In this document: positions 40,186 through 45,702 of the stretch, in pieces
Layout of the letters: each line of letters begins with the position of its first letter
Numbering within the stretch: the stretch's first letter is position 1
Assembly (NCBI GenBank): GCA_031290985.1
Contig: JARLJW010000111.1
Coordinates: forward strand, 52,104-116,103
DNA length: 64,000 bases
Reading direction: 5' to 3'
Source: Verrucomicrobiia bacterium
GTDB lineage: Bacteria; Verrucomicrobiota; Verrucomicrobiia; Limisphaerales; UBA11358
Notes under the pieces: model-generated
Databases searched by the model: none
What the model was told of the DNA's origin: nothing
What the model saw: only the letters and a program-made list of their open reading frames with translations
Program-made: the position numbers and the translations under genes

Positions 40186-40395
40186 TTATTGATTGGTGCC
40201 GGCCGGCGGGTTCGTGTTCACGCCTGACAGCAGATTTGTGGCGGCCACGTTGGGGTTTCCATCCATCGTGTCGCTTATTAAATTTGTGGAAGCCAGATTG
40301 GCCGGGTCGCCCGAATTCTTTTGACCGCAGCCAGCCAGCAGCAAGCCGATCGGAATCGGAATCGCGGACAGCAGAAGGATTGATTTCAATTTCAT
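40186..40395 (-). CDS. small lipoprotein
   Basis: The ATG at 40395 gives MKLKSILLLSAIPIPIGLLLAGC, with lipobox LLAGC. The remainder is an N/T/G-rich low-complexity tail. Confidence 0.6.
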   Translation of the reverse strand: MKLKSILLLSAIPIPIGLLLAGCGQKNSGDPANLASTNLISDTMDGNPNVAATNLLSGVNTNPPAGTNQ

Positions 40396-40629
40396 AGGCA
40401 CGTTAAAACTATGAGATGCCACACTGGCCTGCCATGGGGTGAAACCCTACTGCGCCGGAGGAAGCTGCGGGTGAAACTGGCAGATGGAAAATGGAAGAGA
40501 CGCGGATGTGCATTCGGGGCGGGGACGGGCCCGTCCCCGGTTCCCGGAACCAGCGTCCCGATCCATGGAGCCGGCCGCCAGCCGTGAGCCGCCGGATGCC
40601 GGACGGCCTCCACTGACCCGCTCCCCCCC

Positions 40630-40878
40630 TTAAAACTTCCGCGAGAAAAGCTTTTGGCGAGGCCGGCAGGTCGGGGTCGGCTGGCGATCACGATGAAAGT
40701 GGCTGAAGACGATCTCATGAGCGAAGAGGGTGACCCATTCGAACGCTTCGGCGCGGTCGGCGTTGGTGCCGCCGATGAGTTCGTGCTGGCCGTTGCGATG
40801 TTTGACGAGCCGGGCGCCGCCAAACTGCTGGATGACGCGGCCGGTGAGGCGTGGAGTGACGAGATGATTCAGTTTCAT
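40630..40878 (-). CDS. hypothetical 82-aa protein (weak HicA/YcfA-like resemblance)
   Basis: PRLTGRVIQQFGGARLVKHRNGQHELIGG loosely fits the HicA pattern (P.lsg.e.i..l...Gf..vrq.GSH..l). No partner antitoxin is seen. The 22-nt palindrome lies 22 nt upstream of its ATG. Confidence 0.35.
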   Translation of the reverse strand: MKLNHLVTPRLTGRVIQQFGGARLVKHRNGQHELIGGTNADRAEAFEWVTLFAHEIVFSHFHRDRQPTPTCRPRQKLFSRKF

Positions 40879-40899
40879 GCGATCAGCTTACGCGGGTCA

Positions 40900-40921
40900 G
40901 TTGGACAAAGGCTGTCCAACC
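40900..40921. repeat. 22-nt palindromic element copy 1 (GTTGGACA-AAGGC-TGTCCAAC-C)
   Basis: Read directly. Identical over 22 nt to 62172-62193. Both copies are followed within 0-3 nt by TAAAA. Confidence 0.95.
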
Positions 40922-41271
40922 CCCTAAAATAGTTTTTTCTCATAACATACTGTTTCACAGATTTTTAGCTGCGATTTTCACATTTTTTAGATTGACCAAC
41001 TGCTGATGAAAGTTCCTGCGGAGGGTAGCGAGGGTATGTCACGCCACACGATGACCCGGCATCGCTTGACGTTGTTTGGGTGGTGTGGTGGCGAAAAAAG
41101 CAAGCAAAAAGTTTGCGTTCAATCGGGGCCGATTGGACGTAAACTTAAATCTGGTTTTTGAAACGGAAGGGGGTTAAATGGGTGACGGTAGAAAGGGCTA
41201 GGACGTTCTTTGACATCGGGAACAGGCAGCGCGACGCCGCACGTGCCGGCCTTTGCCTTTGGGCCGTTCCC

Positions 41272-41301
41272 ATCTGCGTTTATCGGCGTGCATCTGCGGC
41301 T
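41272..41301. repeat. 10-bp phased triple repeat ATCTGCGTTT ATCGGCGTGC ATCTGCGGCT
   Basis: Read directly. The same ATCYGYG-N3 x3 organisation occurs inverted at 61575-61604. Confidence 0.85.
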
Positions 41302-41337
41302 GAATTGAATGGTTACGGGTTAAATCAGTTCGGCGGC

Positions 41338-41385
41338 ATCAAGGTGAATCAAGGTGAATCAAGGTGAATCAAGGTGAATCAAGGC
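41338..41385. repeat. tandem array (AAGGTGAATC) x4.5
   Basis: Read directly: four perfect 10-bp units at 41341-41380 plus partial flanking units. Confidence 0.97.
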
Positions 41386-41607
41386 GTGTTTTGGCGCACG
41401 CAAGCCAAGTTGAAATCGCCACCCGTACCGGACGCTCGAAAGCGCCGTCGCCGCTGCGCTCTGCCGGCGCAGTCCATGATGTTTTCGGATCCGGCGCAGC
41501 GTCAGTAGTTGTTGTGTACGTCCATGGGTGGCTAGCCCGCAAGGTGCGGCACAGGCAGAAATGGTCGCAGCGCGACCATTGCCATCAGTAACAGGTTAAA
41601 CCTGATC

Positions 41608-41667
41608 AAGCCGACTTAAGGCAAATTAAGGCAAATTAAGGCAAATCAAGGTAGATCAAGGTGGCAG
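41608..41667. repeat. tandem 10-bp array AAGGCAAATT x3 decaying into AAGGTAGATC, AAGGTGGCAG
   Basis: Read directly. Shares the core AAGG-N3-AT with the array at 41338-41385. Confidence 0.95.
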
Positions 41668-41675
41668 GGTGAAGA

Positions 41676-41705
41676 ATGGGACGGATGGGACGAATGGGAC
41701 GGATG
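41676..41705. repeat. tandem 9-bp array (ATGGGACGR) x3.3
   Basis: Read directly: ATGGGACGG ATGGGACGA ATGGGACGG ATG. Translates as MGRMGRMGRM in a track ORF, which I judge non-coding. Confidence 0.95.
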
Positions 41706-41758
41706 CTGCGCGCGAAGGCCGGTATCAGTTGGAGCCGGGCTGATTTTTTTGAACATCT

Positions 41759-41799
41759 GGCGGCAGGATGCCGCCTGAACCGGCAGGCAATATGCCTGC
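41759..41799. repeat. two adjacent GC-rich REP-like hairpins
   Basis: GGCGGCA-GGA-TGCCGCC (41759-41775) and GCAGGCA-ATA-TGCCTGC (41783-41799). Each has a 7-bp perfect stem. They lie about 90 nt upstream of the rpmH promoter. Confidence 0.7.
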
Positions 41800-41889
41800 G
41801 CGACGGCGGTTGGGGAGAAGTCCCGCTGGCTGGAATGAAGAACCGGGGCAAGTTGCGCAAGCTTAAGCGTAATTTGGGCCAACCGCGTC

Positions 41890-41917
41890 TTGACTCGAAA
41901 GGTTTCATTGCTATGCT
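41890..41917 (+). promoter_or_regulatory. sigma70-type promoter candidate for rpmH operon
   Basis: TTGACT-N16-TATGCT with TG two nt upstream of the -10 (TGCTATGCT). Lies 43 nt before the rpmH ATG. Confidence 0.55.
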
Positions 41918-41959
41918 CTCACGTTCCGGTTTTTGCACCGGAAACGATTTACCTAAATT

Positions 41960-42097
41960 ATGAAACGCCAGTATCAACCGTCGAAAATCCGCCGCAAACG
42001 TCAGCACGGGTTTCTGAACCGCAAGTCCACCAAGAGCGGCCGCGCCACCCTGGCCAACCGCCGTCGCAACGGCCGCAAGCGCCTGACGCCGGTCTGA
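41960..42097 (+). CDS. rpmH: 50S ribosomal protein L34
   Basis: Not in the ORF track (45 aa). My translation is [45 protein letters not shown], a canonical L34. Confidence 0.95.
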   Translation: MKRQYQPSKIRRKRQHGFLNRKSTKSGRATLANRRRNGRKRLTPV

Positions 42098-42102
42098 TCG
42101 TT

Positions 42103-42489
42103 GTGAATCCCGCGCCGAAACGCCTGCGTTTGGGCCGCGAGTCGCGGCTGGCGCAAAGCCGCGATTTTGCCCGGGTACGGCAACAAGGCCAGCGGCTCGT
42201 CCTCGGTTGTCTCATCGCCAACTGGCAGCCTTTGCCGGACGGTTCCATCCCCAAGCTGGGGTTGGTGACAACCAAGAAGATCGGCGGCGCGGTGCAACGC
42301 AACCGGGCGCGCCGGCTGCTGCGGGAAAGTTTCCGGCAGCATCAACACGAGCTCACGCAACCGGTTGACCTGGTTTTGGTTGCCCGGAATTCCATTGTGG
42401 GCAAGAGTTTTACCGCCGTGGAAAAAGATTATCTGGCCGCCCTCCGCCGGGCGAACCTGCTGAAGGCGGCCGAGGCCGGCCCCAGCTAA
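42103..42489 (+). CDS. rnpA: ribonuclease P protein component
   Basis: In-frame GTG 5 nt after the rpmH stop. LRLGRESRLAQSRDFARVRQQG...LGLVTTKKIGGAVQRNRARRLLRESFR carries the RNR motif region. The longer track ORF start (41890) overlaps rpmH and is rejected. Confidence 0.88.
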   Translation: MNPAPKRLRLGRESRLAQSRDFARVRQQGQRLVLGCLIANWQPLPDGSIPKLGLVTTKKIGGAVQRNRARRLLRESFRQHQHELTQPVDLVLVARNSIVGKSFTAVEKDYLAALRRANLLKAAEAGPS

Positions 42490-42498
42490 ATTTCCAAG

Positions 42499-42777
42499 GT
42501 GAACCTGTTCCAGCACATCTTGATCCTGGCGATCCGGGCCTACCGGCTGGTGGTTTCACCCGCGCAGGTGTTCTTGTTCGGGCCGGACGCGGGCTGCCGG
42601 TTCACGCCCACGTGCTCGGCCTACGCGCTGGAGGCGGTGCGCGTGCATGGGGCCATCGCGGGAACGGCCCTGGCGGCCAAGCGGATCTGCCGGTGTCATC
42701 CGTGGGGCGCGTGCGGCCACGATCCGGTGCCGGAGAAGACGGCGCCCCGTAAACATTTTCAACCTGCGGTAAACTAA
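42499..42777 (+). CDS. yidD: membrane protein insertion efficiency factor YidD
   Basis: [12 protein letters not shown]...[19 protein letters not shown]...[24 protein letters not shown], a conserved YidD signature. Confidence 0.92.
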   Translation: MNLFQHILILAIRAYRLVVSPAQVFLFGPDAGCRFTPTCSAYALEAVRVHGAIAGTALAAKRICRCHPWGACGHDPVPEKTAPRKHFQPAVN

Positions 42778-42783
42778 TTTTTC

Positions 42784-44655
42784 ATGGATAAAACAGGAAT
42801 CATCGTTGTTTCGCTTTGTGTGCTGTTGATGGGCTGGTGGATGTATGACCAGAACCAGCGGCAACAGGCGCAGATCCGCTGGGAACAGGCGCATCCGCAA
42901 CCCAAGCCGGCCAGCGGCCTCACCCCCACCAACCCCAACGGCGCAACGGGAACGGTGGTGTCCGCCACCACCACGGCGACCACCCCGGCGGCGGCGGGCG
43001 CGGCGGTTTTCAGTCTCCCGCAGACCGGCACCGCACAGACCATCACGCTGACGAACGGCCGGGCGGTGTACACCTTCACCTCGCGCGGCGGCGGCTTGCA
43101 GACGGTGGCACTGCTGGATTTTCCGGAGACGATCTCCGCGCGCTGGAAGGGGCAGATCCATCACAGCGAGCCCGTGGCTTCGCTGAACACGCACGCGCCG
43201 GTGCCGATGCTGGCCCTGCTGGGCGACCAGGATTTCGTGGGCGACGGTAATTTCACCCTGACGCCGCTGGCGGATGGTGTGCGCGCCGAGAAGGCCATGG
43301 CGGACGGGCTGGTCATCGCGAAGGAATTTCACCTGAGTTCCAATTATCTGGTCAATGCGAGCATCACCCTGAAGAACACCTCGACCTCGCCGCTGAACCT
43401 GCTGCCGCAGGAGATTGTTGCGGGCACGGCCACGCCGATGGATGCGGATGACACCGGCCTGCTGTGGGGCGCGATGTGGTGCGATGGAACGAATATAACG
43501 GACAGTCCCCTGCCCCTTTTCACGGGCGGCGGCGCGATGGGCTGCTCGCGCGGCTCCCCCCGGACGGAGATCCGCGGCGGCACCAATAACAACGTGGCCT
43601 GGGTCTCGGCGCACAATCAATTTTTCGCAATCCTGGCGATGCCCACGGGCGGGGCGAGCGGGATGGTGGCGCGCACGGTGACCTTGCCGCGGTTCCAGGA
43701 CGCGGGCATGGCGACGAATTCGCCCGCGCCGCAAGGTGTCCAGACGGCGCTGGTCTATCCGGCGCAGACGCTTGCGCCGAACGCATCCTTGGAGCGCGAC
43801 GTCACGGTGTACGCAGGCCCGAAGGAATTGCGCACGCTGGCGGTGATCGCGGAGCAGCGCTCGAACCACGCGGACCTGGTGATGAATTTCGGCTCGGGTT
43901 TCTCGAGCTTCTGGGGCGTGGGCACGTTTTTCGCCAAGCTGCTGTTGTCGGGCATGAACCTGTTGCATGACGTCACGCATCTGGGCTACGGGTGGGTGAT
44001 CGTGTTGATCACGGTGATCATCCGCCTGATGTTCTGGCCGCTGACGGCGAAGAGCACGCGGTCGATGAAGAAGATGCAGGCGCTCGCGCCGGAAATCGCC
44101 GCGCTGAAGGAAAAATACAAGGACGACGTGCAGAAGTTCACGGCGAAACAGATGGAGCTGTGGAAGAAGAACGGCGTCAGCCCGGTGAGCGGCTGCCTGC
44201 CGATGCTGGTGCAGATGCCAGTGTTCATCGGTTTTTTCACAATGATCCGCAGCGCGATCGAGCTGCGCGGGGCGAGCTTCCTGTGGGCGACGGATTTGTC
44301 CAAGCCGGACACGATCTTCATGATCCCGGGGATCACGTTCCTGCCGTTCAACCTGAGCACGCCGGAGGGGTTGCCGCTTAACCTGCTGCCGTTGATGATG
44401 GTGAGCGTGATGCTGTGGCAATCACACAAGACGCCGACCTCGCCGGGCATGGACCCCGCCCAGCAAAAGATGATGCGCTGGATCCCGGCGATCTTCATCC
44501 TGCTGTTCTACAATTATTCGTCCGGCCTGGCGCTGTACATGACGGTGAGCACGTTGCTGGGCATCTTGCAGATGAAGGTGACCAAGACGGTGGCGGCGGC
44601 GGCCCCGGCGGTGGAAACTAAGGCATTGACGACCGCGCCAAAAAAGAAAAAATAG
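42784..44655 (+). CDS. yidC: membrane protein insertase YidC
   Basis: N-terminal TM, large periplasmic domain, and a conserved core: GWVIVLITVIIRLMFWPLTAKS..MKKMQALAPEIAALKEKYKDD...MELWKKNGVSPVSGCLPMLVQMPVFIGFF. Confidence 0.93.
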   Translation: MDKTGIIVVSLCVLLMGWWMYDQNQRQQAQIRWEQAHPQPKPASGLTPTNPNGATGTVVSATTTATTPAAAGAAVFSLPQTGTAQTITLTNGRAVYTFTSRGGGLQTVALLDFPETISARWKGQIHHSEPVASLNTHAPVPMLALLGDQDFVGDGNFTLTPLADGVRAEKAMADGLVIAKEFHLSSNYLVNASITLKNTSTSPLNLLPQEIVAGTATPMDADDTGLLWGAMWCDGTNITDSPLPLFTGGGAMGCSRGSPRTEIRGGTNNNVAWVSAHNQFFAILAMPTGGASGMVARTVTLPRFQDAGMATNSPAPQGVQTALVYPAQTLAPNASLERDVTVYAGPKELRTLAVIAEQRSNHADLVMNFGSGFSSFWGVGTFFAKLLLSGMNLLHDVTHLGYGWVIVLITVIIRLMFWPLTAKSTRSMKKMQALAPEIAALKEKYKDDVQKFTAKQMELWKKNGVSPVSGCLPMLVQMPVFIGFFTMIRSAIELRGASFLWATDLSKPDTIFMIPGITFLPFNLSTPEGLPLNLLPLMMVSVMLWQSHKTPTSPGMDPAQQKMMRWIPAIFILLFYNYSSGLALYMTVSTLLGILQMKVTKTVAAAAPAVETKALTTAPKKKK

Positions 44656-44689
44656 GCGGAGTAACAGCAATTTAACCATCAAACCAAAC

Positions 44690-45145
44690 ATGCCCGCGCA
44701 ACCCAAAGAAATCGTTGAAAAGATCCTCGGCACGCTCGGCTTCGCCGTGACGGTCGAGGAACACAAGTTTGATGACGGCCTGCTGCTGGACGTGAAGACG
44801 GACGACTCGGGCCGGCTCATCGGCCGCCAGGGCCAGACGCTCGCGGACCTGCAATACATCACCAACCGCATCCTGTTCCAGCAGGACCAGAATTCGCCGA
44901 AGGTGACCGTGGACGTGGGCGGCTACCGCCTGCAGGCGCGCGAGGCGCTCATCAAGAAGGCGAAGGACGCCGCGGAAAAAGTCCGCCGCTGGGGTGATAT
45001 CGTGGAGCTGGAGCCGCTCGGGTCCTTTGACCGGCGCATCGTGCATCAGACGCTCAAGGACGATCCGGATGTGGAGACCAGCAGCGTGGAGGTGGATGGC
45101 ACGGAGAAGAAGGCGCTGCTCCTGCGCCCAAAACGCAAATCGTAA
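44690..45145 (+). CDS. jag: Jag/KhpB-like RNA-binding protein (KH + R3H domains, no Jag_N)
   Basis: GRLIGRQGQTLADLQYI (KH GxxG) and LEPLGSFDRRIVHQTLKDDPDVETSS (R3H). Canonical position after yidC. Confidence 0.85.
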   Translation: MPAQPKEIVEKILGTLGFAVTVEEHKFDDGLLLDVKTDDSGRLIGRQGQTLADLQYITNRILFQQDQNSPKVTVDVGGYRLQAREALIKKAKDAAEKVRRWGDIVELEPLGSFDRRIVHQTLKDDPDVETSSVEVDGTEKKALLLRPKRKS

Positions 45146-45184
45146 GACGGGCTTGCGGCTCCTGGATAATTTTTAAAACGAAAA

Positions 45185-45218
45185 AGCGCGGACAAGAAAT
45201 TGTCCGCGCTGGTTTTTT
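45185..45218. terminator. bidirectional intrinsic terminator between jag (+) and lipoprotein gene (-)
   Basis: AGCGCGGACAA-GAAA-TTGTCCGCGCT, an 11-bp stem. Flanked by AAAACGAAAAA upstream and GGTTTTTT downstream. Confidence 0.85.
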
Positions 45219-45232
45219 GACCTTAAATTAAA

Positions 45233-45613
45233 TTATTGGTCGACGACCTTCAGGGTGTAGGTCCGGGACGATTCGCTGTTCGGCTGCGGCACCTTGCCGA
45301 AGGCGTTGTAGAGGTAGTCGAACTTGAACCGGTAGTTCACCGAGCTCACACCGGGCGGCACCGAGACGAGGCCTTCCCAGCGGTTGTCGACCATCGGCAC
45401 CTGGCGCAGGGGCGTCGGCTGGCCGTTGACGATGACGAAGGGCTTGATGCTGTCCCAACGCAGCGCCTGCTGCTTGGAATCAAAGGCGACTTCGACGGGA
45501 TATAGGTTGTCCGGATTGCGCGGCTGCTGGTTCGGCGTCAGGCGGGTGAACTGGCCGGTTGTGCATCCAGCCAGCAGCAGGACGCTCACAAGCGGTAGAA
45601 ATTTCTTCAACAT
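45233..45613 (-). CDS. lipoprotein, unknown function
   Basis: MLKKFLPLVSVLLLAGC (lipobox). 126 aa. No recognisable family. Confidence 0.7.
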   Translation of the reverse strand: MLKKFLPLVSVLLLAGCTTGQFTRLTPNQQPRNPDNLYPVEVAFDSKQQALRWDSIKPFVIVNGQPTPLRQVPMVDNRWEGLVSVPPGVSSVNYRFKFDYLYNAFGKVPQPNSESSRTYTLKVVDQ

Positions 45614-45702
45614 ATCGCCCTAGAATGGCAGAAAATGCAATCGGTTGTAAAGTTGGATTTCCATACTTGAACGGTTGTCCGGTTTAGGCAATCCTGCCAT
45701 CC

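Noticed and set aside
40900-40921. The 22-nt palindrome as an ordinary rho-independent terminator
   Set aside because: Neither strand has the stem followed by a U-run. The plus strand is followed by A-runs, and on the minus strand the T-run precedes the stem.
41338-41667. CRISPR array interpretation of the tandem repeats
   Set aside because: Units are 9-10 bp and directly abutting, with no spacers. No cas genes are present. Repeat length is far below the CRISPR range.
40931-41950. RNase P RNA, tmRNA or SRP RNA hidden in the 1-kb gene-free region
   Set aside because: GAGAAGTCCCGC (41813-41824) and AGGGTGAAGAATGGG (41666-41680) vaguely recall RNase P CR motifs, but they occur in the wrong order and lack the other conserved blocks. 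GGGGCCGATTGGACG (41125-41139) resembles a tmRNA 5' end, but there is no GGTTCGA-type T-arm or tag ORF.
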